A DNA stretch of 64,000 bases from Candidatus Omnitrophota bacterium (lineage in GTDB: Bacteria > Omnitrophota > Gorgyraeia > Duberdicusellales > 4484-171). Under the pieces are notes generated by a model. It saw nothing but the letters and a program-made list of their open reading frames with translations. It was not told the origin of the DNA and ran no database searches. This document shows, in pieces, positions 9,220 through 19,177 of this stretch (positions are counted from its first letter, which is position 1; each line of letters opens with the position of its first letter). Made by a program: the position numbers and the translations under genes. Location: contig JBAWWL010000006.1 of assembly GCA_037146775.1 (NCBI GenBank), forward strand, positions 15,120 through 79,119, given 5' to 3'.

Positions 9220-10733
9220 TGAAGTTCTGATTTCAGAAATTCTAACGCTAAATCAGCCGCATCAAGGCCGGAAAGAAAACAGGCGTGCACGCCGGCACCG
9301 GGACGCGTCCAGGCTCCTGTCAAAAAAAGCCCTTCCACTTTTGTTTCTTGACTTAAACGATTAATGCCCGACTGTTTAACGGTTTGCGCAAAACCATAAA
9401 TTGTTCCTTGCGGCGATAAGGTAAAACGCTCCATGGTACGCGGAGTAGCTATTTCTTTTATTTCGATAGAGCCGGAAAGACCGGGAAGGTAACGTTCGGC
9501 ACGCCTAATGAGAATATCCGCCAAAACAAGTTTTTTCTTTGCATATTCCTCACCGCCCAAGCTCCTCCATCTTTCATAAGTATCGAAGACAATAATTGAA
9601 AGCGTGCCTTTACCCTCGGGGGCAAGGCTTGCATCGAGCTGCGAATGATCCACCATTTCGAAAGGACAATGTTCAAAGTCCTGTTGTGCATAGTAGCTGA
9701 AGTTCTTGTCGTGATCGTAGGTTTCGTTAACGGAAAACATGAAATGATCCATTCCTAATTTTTTCGCGGAAACCTTCAGCCCCAGATACACCTGGAACGC
9801 GGATGTCGATTTTTCCAGCGAAGACAATTTCTTGCGATATCCATTTTTTACCGTATCATCGTCAAGAAGCTCGGTAAGCGTACTTGTGGCGTTCGCGTTG
9901 GAAATAATTGTTTTCGCCGTAAACGTTTCCCCCTTGTCAGTGAGCACCGCACTCACTCTTTTACCTTGTTGAGTAATTATTCTGGTAACGGTCGTATTGT
10001 AGCGTACTTCCGAGCCCTGCTCTCTGATTTTTGCAACCATCGCCTCGAACAATTTACCAACACCCCCTTTTATATAAGCTGTTTTCTCAAAATAATAGCC
10101 GCGAAAACCTAACAAGAAATAAAGTGCAGATAATCTGCTGGGCGCAAGGCCAAAGAAATACCAAAGATTGGCAATAATGCTTCTGAGCTTTTCATCCTGA
10201 ATATGCCTCGCCAGGAACTGGCCCGTAGTTAACCGGGCAACCCGTATAACCTTCAAAGAACGAATCAAAGCAGCCACACATTGCATCCACGAAGTAAATT
10301 GAGATGCGGTAAACCTGTCAAATTGGGCGAAGAATACATCCAGCTCATGGAAAAGTCTGTCGAGATTCTTTATTTCCCGGGGAAAACTGTTTTTGAGGAA
10401 TTCTACAAGGTGTTCGCGGTTAAAATCAACGACAAAGTCGTGCCCAGGATAAATAATACGCAAGAAATCTTTCAATACGATAAAATCTACTGTTTTATCA
10501 ACCCCTGTCTATTCTAAAAAATTTCTTATTTCGCTGCCCGGACAAAGACCATCAACGCAGTGCACCGAAGCCTCAAAAGTAAAACCTTTGCGTTTGAAAG
10601 TAGTAGCAAAACCGCCGGCGAGCGGCTGATGTTCCAAAACCAGAACCCGCTTCCCTTGATCCGAAAGTTCAAGCGCTGCGCTCAAACCGCCAACCCCTGC
10701 GCCGATTACGATAGCATCATATTGCTGCATCAT
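9216..10733 (-). pseudogene. Phytoene desaturase (CrtI)-like FAD oxidoreductase interrupted by one in-frame TAG at 10509-10511
   Basis: ORFs 10509-10733 (GAGVGG Rossmann motif) and 9216-10475 (ATPRT, GLFLTGAW..PG.GV) are in the same frame: ...FLE*TGVDKTVDFIVLKDF... Confidence 0.8.
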
Positions 10734-10735
10734 CG

Positions 10736-11575
10736 CTACGATGAGAGGCGGTTCAGGAAGCTGATCATCGCTTCGACAACCTTATCTCTCTCTTTATCAA
10801 TAGTGATCATGTGGTAACTGTCTTGAAGCAAAACCAGAGATTTATCGGCTGAACCGATATGATCCAGAATGTAGCGGGAATTTTTCGAACTGGTCATGTC
10901 ATCCTCATGCGCATGAAGAAGAAGAATAGGAGTTCTCACCGAAGAAAGTTCTTTTTTTACGACGCGAGCAAAAAGAGTGTGCTGGTAGAGACAGGCAATA
11001 GGAAAAAATGGGCTGCCAAAAAGGACCGAATCATTAGCAGAATGCCCAGCTTGAGGCTTGGTGTATGCACGATGAATATGTTCACGCAGCACCTCATCCT
11101 TTAAACCATAAGGCCAATCCTCCTTAATATTGATCGCGTTACGCAAAAAAGGTATATGCCAAACCAAAGGAAGCAGTGCCTGCCCTTTATGGATCGCCCA
11201 ACCGTCATAAGATATGGTAGGAGCGAGACCGATAAGTCCGCAGATCTGACCCGGCAAAAGATACGAAAGGTGAATTCCCACAAGCGCGCCCATAGAAAGG
11301 CCGGCCACAAATACTTGCGCATGGTCCTTCTGCAGCGCTTTAAAGTCTTCCAGGCATAGCGCAACAATTTCCTGCCAAGTAACTTTTTTGAGCTCACTCA
11401 ATGTGTGACAATGTCGAGGTAATGTATCGCAAAGCACACTATAGCCGGCCTTATTAAGACGCTTGCCGACATAGCGCATCTCAGAAGGAGTGCCGGTAAT
11501 GCCATGAACAAGCAGCACTGCCGTCTTGCTGCCTTTGAGAAAAAAGCTATATTTTTTCGAACCGTTATTCTCCAT
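10736..11575 (-). CDS. Carboxylesterase, alpha/beta hydrolase (Est/YvaK-like)
   Basis: HGITGTP, GLSMG nucleophile elbow, DDM and SYH; start moved to ATG 11575 behind a promoter. Confidence 0.88.
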   Translation of the reverse strand: MENNGSKKYSFFLKGSKTAVLLVHGITGTPSEMRYVGKRLNKAGYSVLCDTLPRHCHTLSELKKVTWQEIVALCLEDFKALQKDHAQVFVAGLSMGALVGIHLSYLLPGQICGLIGLAPTISYDGWAIHKGQALLPLVWHIPFLRNAINIKEDWPYGLKDEVLREHIHRAYTKPQAGHSANDSVLFGSPFFPIACLYQHTLFARVVKKELSSVRTPILLLHAHEDDMTSSKNSRYILDHIGSADKSLVLLQDSYHMITIDKERDKVVEAMISFLNRLSS

Positions 11576-11584
11576 GAATTTTTT

Positions 11585-11647
11585 ATTATACCATAAAAAT
11601 TTTCGGTATAAAGTTTTATTGTAATTACCGAAACCCTCTGTTATAGT
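11585..11647. promoter_or_regulatory. Back-to-back divergent promoters for the esterase (-) and the GNAT (+)
   Basis: Minus: TTTATA-16-TATAAT (11585-11612); plus: TTGTAA-17-TATAGT ending 7 nt before ATG 11655; both have an extended -10 TG. Confidence 0.5.
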
Positions 11648-11654
11648 ATTTTCC

Positions 11655-12827
11655 ATGCTCAAAGATGATGCCATGCTCAACTTTACCGTCACAGACACCC
11701 TCGATAATATACCCCAAAACACCTGGGATCGTCTGTTTGGCTATGACCTTATCGAAAGCTACGGCTATCATAAAACGTTACATGAGGCGAAATTAAACGA
11801 GTTCGCTACCTACTATCTGATAGGAAAAAGGAATGACGCAACAGTAGCGATTATTCCTTTTTTCACGATGGAATTTTCTTTCACTACGCTGATACGCGGC
11901 CCACTGCAACGCATCGTTTTTGGCATACGCAAATTCTACAAAAACTTCCTTACCATGAAAATTGTTTTTATCGGCTCGCCTACTACCGAGTCCTTTCATA
12001 TAGGAGTAGCGGAAACGGAAAATAAAAATTGCATCATCGACCACGCATACAAAAAAATCGAAACATTTTCTCGTACGCACCACATTAACACAATTTTATT
12101 TTATAATCTTACCAACGCGGACCAGTCGCTCATGAAACATCTTTTAAACAACGGTTTCGCAGGGATGGAAGACTTTCCGGGAGCGCGGCTTGAAATACAA
12201 GCAAAATCGTTGGATGAGTATATCGCACATCTTGGTTCTAGCACGCGAAAAGATATACGCCGAAAACTACGTAAATCAACTCAAGCCGCAGTGCTTGAAA
12301 CCGAAATACGAGAAACGGTCGATGGAATAATCGACGATCTCTACAAGCTCTATCTCAATAATTTTAACGAATCAGATATTCATTTCGAAATACTGACTCC
12401 CGAGTTCTTTACCAAGTTATGCCACAACATGCCCGGCATAGTTAAATGTTTTGTTACTCGCCATAACGGAAAAATCGTCGCCTTCAATATGTGTTTCGTG
12501 AAAGGAAACTTCTGTATTGATAAATTTATCGGCCTCGACTACACGGTCGCCCTCCAATACAACCTCTACTACACCACCATTTGCTATAACATTGACTGGT
12601 GTATTAAAAACGGTATACGCTATTATCAGCCGGGCCAGGGCGACTATGACGCAAAAATCAGGCTCGGCGCTAAGCTTATCCCGCTTTATATTTTTATCAA
12701 AAGCTTCAATCCCCTATTGAACTTTTTCATGAAGCCGATCATTCAGCTGACACAGCCGAAAAACTTTGACCCTGCCCTGAAAAACCTCGCTAAATACCGA
12801 AAAGAAGTATTCCTTCGGGAAGGATAG
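11655..12827 (+). CDS. GNAT-fold protein (FemAB/Acetyltransf_6-like)
   Basis: SLDEYIAHLGSSTRKDIRRKLRK, KFIGLDY...YNLYY, PGQGDYDAKIRLGA. Confidence 0.8.
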   Translation: MLKDDAMLNFTVTDTLDNIPQNTWDRLFGYDLIESYGYHKTLHEAKLNEFATYYLIGKRNDATVAIIPFFTMEFSFTTLIRGPLQRIVFGIRKFYKNFLTMKIVFIGSPTTESFHIGVAETENKNCIIDHAYKKIETFSRTHHINTILFYNLTNADQSLMKHLLNNGFAGMEDFPGARLEIQAKSLDEYIAHLGSSTRKDIRRKLRKSTQAAVLETEIRETVDGIIDDLYKLYLNNFNESDIHFEILTPEFFTKLCHNMPGIVKCFVTRHNGKIVAFNMCFVKGNFCIDKFIGLDYTVALQYNLYYTTICYNIDWCIKNGIRYYQPGQGDYDAKIRLGAKLIPLYIFIKSFNPLLNFFMKPIIQLTQPKNFDPALKNLAKYRKEVFLREG

Positions 12828-12828
12828 G

Positions 12829-13788
12829 TTAACTCGCTAAAACAGATTGAAGGATTTTTAGGTTGGTAATTTCGTTAAGTGCATTAATACGCTCAAGATC
12901 TTGCGCTAAAAAAGTATTTTTTGGATGATCAAAGAAAGAAATAACGCGTTTAACCAAACTTCTCAGGTAAATCGATGAATATTCTCCGGTAATATCCATT
13001 CCCGCTACATTTTTTTTGCTTTTTAAAATACCGATGGCCGCCAGCAACCAGTCAAGCGGTATAGATCCTTCTTCCCAATTAGTTACCGCGTGAGCTCTCG
13101 TGAGGCAATCTTTGTCGATACTGATATAAATATCATCCGTAGGAATACGGGCCGCCAATTCTTCGAGGAAAGATTCGATACTTTTTTCCGCGAGGTTTTG
13201 CCACTGTATTGTGGAACAAAAATATCCTTTTTTTGTATTGAGACAGCTGACACCATCCAGGGGCCGCAAAAAAACTTTTGCTGGCGGCCGGCTATAGGGG
13301 AAAATCTCGACTTTTCGATTTCTCAAGCCGCAAAAAGACGCGGTCAAAAGACCACGGGTCGACAGATCTTCGCATGACGGTCCAAGCAAAATAACTTTTT
13401 TTACGTTTTCACGGGCAGCTACGGTATTTACCCATGAACCACAGCTTAACTGCGGCGGAAGACCGTCCCAGTCCGGATGATGGTCGAAAACGACAAGGCT
13501 GATCGGCTGAGCAAACTGCGCAAGCAACGCAATAGAAATATGATGAAAATCTCCGGAGCCATACAGAGTAGTGATATTTCTTTCCTGGGGAGATAATTTA
13601 TGTTGCAGACGTTCCAGGCCTTTCCTGTCGGCCCAATAACGCAGGTAAGGAGCTTCAGAGGTACAGTCAACAATCTTTGTGAGAAATGGCGGTACCGAAA
13701 AATCTCTAAGCAGGTTTCGCTGCTTAAGGATGCTGTCGTCAAAATTGAGAATACGGATCTTATTGCGACAAAGTGCTAATGGTGCCAT
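12829..13788 (-). CDS. Arginase/ureohydrolase family protein (divergent)
   Basis: GSGDFHH, FDHHPD, YISIDKDCL, GMDITGE metal-binding motifs. Confidence 0.8.
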   Translation of the reverse strand: MAPLALCRNKIRILNFDDSILKQRNLLRDFSVPPFLTKIVDCTSEAPYLRYWADRKGLERLQHKLSPQERNITTLYGSGDFHHISIALLAQFAQPISLVVFDHHPDWDGLPPQLSCGSWVNTVAARENVKKVILLGPSCEDLSTRGLLTASFCGLRNRKVEIFPYSRPPAKVFLRPLDGVSCLNTKKGYFCSTIQWQNLAEKSIESFLEELAARIPTDDIYISIDKDCLTRAHAVTNWEEGSIPLDWLLAAIGILKSKKNVAGMDITGEYSSIYLRSLVKRVISFFDHPKNTFLAQDLERINALNEITNLKILQSVLAS

Positions 13789-15191
13789 TAAGGCTGTTTT
13801 TTAAGCGCAAGCGTAAGCGCCTCCTCAAAAAGCTCAACTGCCAAGTCCATTTCGCGTTCTGTTATATAAAGAGAGGGCGCGAGAGTAAAAGTATTCTTAT
13901 AGTATCCTCCGACATCCAAAATTAATCCGCGGCGGCTGCCTCCGGCGGATAATTTACCGCTTAAACCAATCTCGCAAATCTTGTCAGTAAGTGCCTTGCT
14001 GGGAGTAAAACCGTCTTTCTCGCACATCTCAATCCGGATTGCCAGCCCTAATCCATTTACGTCACCAATCTGAGGATATTTTTTTTGCAAAGCTTTCAGG
14101 CGCCTAAGAAGATACTTTCCCTTTTCGTTCACTGATGTCTCAAAGTCAGACTCCTCTATGATATTCAAGGTTTCTAGGCCAACGGCAGTACCTAAGGTGT
14201 TCGAGGAGAATGTCGAGTGAGTCGATCCGGGAGGAAATACGTCAGGCGAAATCAATTCTTCCTTAGCCCAGACGCCGCTTAGAGGATTCAGTCCGTTAGT
14301 AAGAGCTTTGCCAAAAACAATAATATCGGGAACGACATCAAAGTTCTCAATAGCCCAGAATTTTCCTGTCCGGTAAAAACCCATCTGTATCTCATCGTCT
14401 ACCAGAAATATATGGTAACGATCGAAAATTTTTTTCATTTCCTTAAAATACTCTTGGGGCGGAATAATATACCCGCCGGTACCCTGCACCGCTTCCACGT
14501 AAAATGCCACAAATTCGCTTTCGTCAACCTTGGAATCATATACCGAATAATATTCGGTTTCAAAAAGTTTTTCGAATTGCTTTACGCAATACAAATCGCA
14601 TTCATCGCGCTCTTTACCATAGAAACACCGGAAACAGTAAGGATACGGAACGAAGAAAGCCCGGTTGGCAAAATGCCCAAAACGGCGGCGGTAGCGATAG
14701 CTGGAAGTAATGGAACTGGCTTCAAGGGTCCTGCCGTGATAACTGCCAAAGAAAGAAAACACCAAGTTCTTGCCTGTAACATTACGGATCAATTTTTGTG
14801 AATCTTCCAACGCCGAGGCTCCGCCGACATTAAAATGGACTCTGCCTTTTGTTTTAAACTTTTTTTCATTGAGCCGGCATAGCTTGGTAGCCAATTCCAC
14901 TTTTTCACGGTGCAAATACTGACAAGCAAGCTGCGGCAATTTATCGATCTGACTCTTTAAAACGTTGTTCAGCCGTTTGTTACCGTAACCGAAATTAGCC
15001 GCGGAATACCACATCTGCAAATCCAGATATTCAACACCTTCTTCGTCGTAAAGATAGATATCTTTTGCCCGTTCGAAGATTTTTGGTTGTTTGGAATAAT
15101 GAACGGTATCGCCCCAGGAACAATACTTCTCTTCCAGCTTCAATAACTCCTGCTGTGATCTCGTCGCAGCTATTTGTTCTTTTACATTCAT
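13788..15191 (-). CDS. Class III PLP aminotransferase
   Basis: SYHGRT, VEAVQGTGG, DDEIQMGFYRTG, FGKAL (PLP lysine), HSTFS. Confidence 0.92.
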   Translation of the reverse strand: MNVKEQIAATRSQQELLKLEEKYCSWGDTVHYSKQPKIFERAKDIYLYDEEGVEYLDLQMWYSAANFGYGNKRLNNVLKSQIDKLPQLACQYLHREKVELATKLCRLNEKKFKTKGRVHFNVGGASALEDSQKLIRNVTGKNLVFSFFGSYHGRTLEASSITSSYRYRRRFGHFANRAFFVPYPYCFRCFYGKERDECDLYCVKQFEKLFETEYYSVYDSKVDESEFVAFYVEAVQGTGGYIIPPQEYFKEMKKIFDRYHIFLVDDEIQMGFYRTGKFWAIENFDVVPDIIVFGKALTNGLNPLSGVWAKEELISPDVFPPGSTHSTFSSNTLGTAVGLETLNIIEESDFETSVNEKGKYLLRRLKALQKKYPQIGDVNGLGLAIRIEMCEKDGFTPSKALTDKICEIGLSGKLSAGGSRRGLILDVGGYYKNTFTLAPSLYITEREMDLAVELFEEALTLALKKQP

Positions 15192-15232
15192 CTTCTTGCC
15201 TCCTTATCTAACATAAGGCCCTACCGCCTGCA

Positions 15233-15976
15233 TTAGCTATCCATACTTTTGAGATAGTTGTAAACCGTACCCAAATGCTCGAACGGAACATGCACTCTGT
15301 CGATACGCTTAAAATGATCGAGTAGATTACCCTTAGCGAATACAAGATCGGCGTGCGTAGCGGGACAAATATCCGAGAATCCATCGCCAATATATATCGT
15401 GAACTTTTCGCTTCGGCCATGATTAAAAATATGCGCGCGCTTACAGTTCGCGCACTTAAAACACTGCTTATTGGCGTGAGGAAACATAACACGAAACTTA
15501 TCGCGATCAAAGGTCAGCCGGTTTGAATAAACATCGATACCGTCGATGCCGTTTTTGTCGAGGATATAATTAATAATAAAAGAAAAACTGTCGCTTACAA
15601 TGGCGATTGGGACTTGCCTGCGCTTCAAAAGCTTGAGAAGTTTAGGAAAATAGGCGTCGACTTCTATCTTGGAAAGATAGGTAAGTAAATTTGGCTTGGT
15701 TATTCTTACTAAATTCATCTGTCCTTTAAGGCATTCCCGGGAACCAATTTTACCCTCCCGCCACTTCTCTTCAATTACCACCCATTCTTCGTTCATAGAA
15801 AAACGCTTGATGATATCGTCCAGCACGTCGAACGAAGTAATGGTATTGTCAAAATCGAAGAAAACCTTAGATCGAGAAAGGCAAATATGCTTACCTGCAG
15901 CCGCAGTTTCGCAAAAAACACTTTTTGGTTTCTCTCTGTGGCTTTTCCTTTTTGGCATTAATACGCTGCTTTTCAT
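15233..15976 (-). CDS. MtnX-like HAD-IB phosphatase
   Basis: FDFDNTIT, IVSDS, CxxCxxCK, YIGDGFSDICPA..ADLVFAK. Confidence 0.9.
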   Translation of the reverse strand: MKSSVLMPKRKSHREKPKSVFCETAAAGKHICLSRSKVFFDFDNTITSFDVLDDIIKRFSMNEEWVVIEEKWREGKIGSRECLKGQMNLVRITKPNLLTYLSKIEVDAYFPKLLKLLKRRQVPIAIVSDSFSFIINYILDKNGIDGIDVYSNRLTFDRDKFRVMFPHANKQCFKCANCKRAHIFNHGRSEKFTIYIGDGFSDICPATHADLVFAKGNLLDHFKRIDRVHVPFEHLGTVYNYLKSMDS

Positions 15977-16185
15977 TTTCTAAAAAATCCGTTCGCGTAA
16001 CGATATACAAGAAGCAAAATAATTATATACCTTAACCGCGATTATACATACTGGTCATATAGATAGCCGTTTTTTTAAAATCTAAATTTATATTTTAGCA
16101 CTAAAAACCACTTTTTGTAATATTTTTTTAGAAGGCCTGCGCAGGATAAAAAACCGTGCAGATAGACGGCAAACGGATGCGCACA

Positions 16186-16581
16186 TTAGTCGGCAGAAAC
16201 AATCTTCCATGAAGTAAGCCTGTTGGCCCGGTCAAAATAAAGATATATTCTTTCTGAGTTAAAATAATGTGTTGGATGGCGATAAAGCAATACTTGCCGC
16301 AGTGTACCTTCAAAATTCTCTTCTTTCGATAAAATCGGCTCGTAATACATTTCAATGATATACCTTTTTAAAATACCTGGCTGTAATTTATTAGATTTCA
16401 CGTCCTGCTGTAATTGATTAAACCCTCGTTCCTGTTTTTTTAAATAACATTCCATATCGTTTTGGCTATCCGCCGCGTTTTGCAAAGTGAGTAATTCGTC
16501 CATATGACTCATCGTAGCGCAGCCGCTGGCAAAGAATATACCGACTATGCTCATTGTTTTCGTATAAAAATTATACGCCAT
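16186..16581 (-). CDS. Hypothetical lipoprotein
   Basis: Lipobox-like FFASGC; C-terminal IYLYFD...LTSW reminiscent of SmpA/OmlA folds. Confidence 0.6.
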   Translation of the reverse strand: MAYNFYTKTMSIVGIFFASGCATMSHMDELLTLQNAADSQNDMECYLKKQERGFNQLQQDVKSNKLQPGILKRYIIEMYYEPILSKEENFEGTLRQVLLYRHPTHYFNSERIYLYFDRANRLTSWKIVSAD

Positions 16582-16602
16582 AACAGTCTTTATAATTATC
16601 GG

Positions 16603-17163
16603 TTATTTTTTCTGCCAACTATAGCTGTTACCACTATACACTTCAAACCAAGAACCGCCGGGTGCACGTTTGTAGTCATCATCAAAAAACATCTTTCTCA
16701 CCTCTTGAATACCCACACCGTTTTTCGTGGCAGTTGCCTGATAAATAGTATCCCGGTCTTGATTTTCTGCCCTCAACGCCTCCTGAACCTTTGATTGCTC
16801 GTCGGCAGGCATATTTTTAGAAACTATTTCTAAATCAGCATTTTTATTTTCACCGATATATTCCTTTTTAAAATATTCGGTTATCGTGTCTTTGCGCACT
16901 CTGCGGCGTTCAATCGCGGACGAAAGCCCCGAAGAAGATTCCTGGGCATACACGGCTTCAATAAACAGAATCGCATTCATCTGTTTTTCTTTGGCGGTAC
17001 CGTAAATCTGATCCTGGATAGACTCGACATCCTTTGCCACATGCTGATAGACGTCAACCCGCATATTAATATCTACCTGTAGCGGCTTTGCGGTTTGCAG
17101 ATTAACCTTGGCACAGCCTATCATCACGATAGACACGATAAACAAGGAAATAATTATCTTCAT
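16603..17163 (-). CDS. YnbE-like lipoprotein fused to a YdbL (DUF1318) domain
   Basis: IGC lipobox plus KPLQVDINMRVDV (YnbE-like); IGENKNADL, ENQDRDTIYQ, APGGSWF...WQKK (YdbL-like). Confidence 0.7.
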   Translation of the reverse strand: MKIIISLFIVSIVMIGCAKVNLQTAKPLQVDINMRVDVYQHVAKDVESIQDQIYGTAKEKQMNAILFIEAVYAQESSSGLSSAIERRRVRKDTITEYFKKEYIGENKNADLEIVSKNMPADEQSKVQEALRAENQDRDTIYQATATKNGVGIQEVRKMFFDDDYKRAPGGSWFEVYSGNSYSWQKK

Positions 17164-18308
17164 TGCAAACCTCCTGCGCTATTATGAAAATTAATTGTAA
17201 CGCTTCTTTTACCCATACTTTCCGAAAAGAAATTCATCTCGAGGCTAACTGCGTCTTTGCCCTGACCTATATGCACAACTCCTTTATTATACTCATAATT
17301 TTTAAGATTATCAACTAAGGCATCATATGAAGTTTGATCAAGATAACCGCGTAAAAATTCAAGTGATGCCTCTTTTTTAATATGTATCAATCCGCCGGCC
17401 TGATTAGAAAAATTTCCTTCAAGCTTTTTTAGATTATCGCCCTCGAAACAAAGCGCGAGTGTTCCGTCAAAGCCTCCGGTAATACTAACGTTTTCTTCGC
17501 CGGCGACAAGCGCGACAACATTCTCTAACGACGCCTGCCTGAAACCGACTTGCAAACAGAAATTATTAGCGTTGCGCAGATCAATCTCACCGCTTGCATA
17601 GGCAGAACGGCCAAAAATAATATTCTTTGTTATCGGGAACAATACGCGGTATTTTTCCATCTTGAGAGGAAATACAAGATCATTAAACTCCTTCTGCTTC
17701 AAACGCAGCATAGGTATACGAAATACATAAAGGCCACCTTTTATTTTACGTAAAGTAATATGGTTCGCCTCAACATCGGAAGAATGAATATTGCAATCGG
17801 TGATTTCAAAATGCTCCAAGGTTATACGTTCACGGCCAATATGTGTTCTTAATGAAAATTGTATATCGGCGGCACCAAGACGTTTATCGTTCATACTTAA
17901 TCTTACGTTGCGCAAATCAATGGTTATTGGAACAAGCTGTACACTTATGTTCTGTTTTCCTGTCTTTTTGGCAACATCAACGGAACGTAAGGCCGGAAAA
18001 TTTTTTATTGTGCACGCTGCATCCTGCAAATATAACTTTGATACGCTAAGCCGGGAAATACCGTACAGACGAAACGAAACATAGCCGCTATTAAACGTCA
18101 CTTCAACGATATCGTTGGTGAATGTAAAATCCGTTATCGTAATACCGCTAAAAGAAAGATGTATTTTTTTTATGTTACAGGTAGCCTGAAAGTTTTTAGC
18201 AAGATAACGCGCAAGGTACATACGTAGCAGGTGGTCTTTTAAGAAGAAAAATGCCAGCGTCAGGACAATAACGCAGCACACAAATCCCTTGAGCACTTTT
18301 TTCGCCAT
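17160..18308 (-). CDS. YdbH/AsmA-like intermembrane protein (short)
   Basis: N-terminal TM anchor, beta-rich body, C-terminal GGLIHI...LKNYEYN...VTINFH; overlaps the ynbE-ydbL-like gene. Confidence 0.6.
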   Translation of the reverse strand: MAKKVLKGFVCCVIVLTLAFFFLKDHLLRMYLARYLAKNFQATCNIKKIHLSFSGITITDFTFTNDIVEVTFNSGYVSFRLYGISRLSVSKLYLQDAACTIKNFPALRSVDVAKKTGKQNISVQLVPITIDLRNVRLSMNDKRLGAADIQFSLRTHIGRERITLEHFEITDCNIHSSDVEANHITLRKIKGGLYVFRIPMLRLKQKEFNDLVFPLKMEKYRVLFPITKNIIFGRSAYASGEIDLRNANNFCLQVGFRQASLENVVALVAGEENVSITGGFDGTLALCFEGDNLKKLEGNFSNQAGGLIHIKKEASLEFLRGYLDQTSYDALVDNLKNYEYNKGVVHIGQGKDAVSLEMNFFSESMGKRSVTINFHNSAGGLQ

Positions 18309-18320
18309 AATAGCTCGTCT

Positions 18321-19133
18321 TTACTTCTTTGGTAACTGGAGACTTTCAATAAAAATACGCAGCGAAGCAGTATAAAGCGTCTGTGAATCCAAAAATGCGC
18401 TATTGTGGCCGCCCTTAAGTTCGACAAAATGCTTCGGCCCAGGCGCAGCATCATACAATTTTTTTGCTAACACGTACGGAACTATCTCATCATCCCTGCT
18501 ATGAAGCAATAAAACCGGCGCATACATTTTTTTAATCTTTCGTAAGGAATCAAAGCGTAACGACAGAAACCAGGAAGGTAAATATGGATACAGAGTCCGG
18601 GCCATATCTTTTGCGTTACTGAACGCCCCTTCCAAGATCAGCGCCTTCACCGGATGTCGCACGGCAAGGTCTACCGCCGCTACCGCGCCTAAAGACTCGC
18701 CGTACAAAATAATTTGTTCTGGGGATAACGCCCGGCTCCGAATAAGATAGGTATAGGCAGCCTGCGCATCCTTATACAATCCAGCCTCGGAAGGCTTCCC
18801 TGCGCTTCGGCCATAACCCCGATAATCAATGATATAAACATTCAGCCCCGCTTCATGAAGTAATTTTAACTTATCCAGGCGATAACTAATATTACCAGCA
18901 TTGCCAGTAAAAAATAAGACCGTATATGCGGCATCCGGTGCCGGAATAAACCAGCCATACAGCATGAGGCCGTCTTCAGTCCTGCAAGGTGCCTCCTCGA
19001 AGATCATTCCTAGCGCATCCGGCGCACACTCCATGACTTTAGAAGGAAAAAATATACCTCTATTCTCAAGATATTTGGTATAACTAAGAAGCACCATCAC
19101 GCCTACAATGACGACTAAAATAACTTTGAACAT
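18321..19133 (-). CDS. Membrane-anchored alpha/beta hydrolase (BEM46/YfhR-like)
   Basis: GNAGNIS, DYRGYGRS.G.PSE.GLY.DA, GESLG, HSRDDEIVP, GGHN. Confidence 0.88.
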   Translation of the reverse strand: MFKVILVVIVGVMVLLSYTKYLENRGIFFPSKVMECAPDALGMIFEEAPCRTEDGLMLYGWFIPAPDAAYTVLFFTGNAGNISYRLDKLKLLHEAGLNVYIIDYRGYGRSAGKPSEAGLYKDAQAAYTYLIRSRALSPEQIILYGESLGAVAAVDLAVRHPVKALILEGAFSNAKDMARTLYPYLPSWFLSLRFDSLRKIKKMYAPVLLLHSRDDEIVPYVLAKKLYDAAPGPKHFVELKGGHNSAFLDSQTLYTASLRIFIESLQLPKK

Positions 19134-19177
19134 ACTTTATCTTTGTCTGCCGGTCTTAACGCGCGTAGCGCTTTAAA

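Noticed and set aside
10509-10511. Genome-wide TAG recoding or pyrrolysine
   Set aside because: TAG terminates other genes at their expected ends (e.g. fabG) and no pyl genes are in the window.
11576-11722. N-terminal extension of the esterase ORF overlapping the GNAT gene
   Set aside because: It spans the divergent promoter region; homology starts near ATG 11575.
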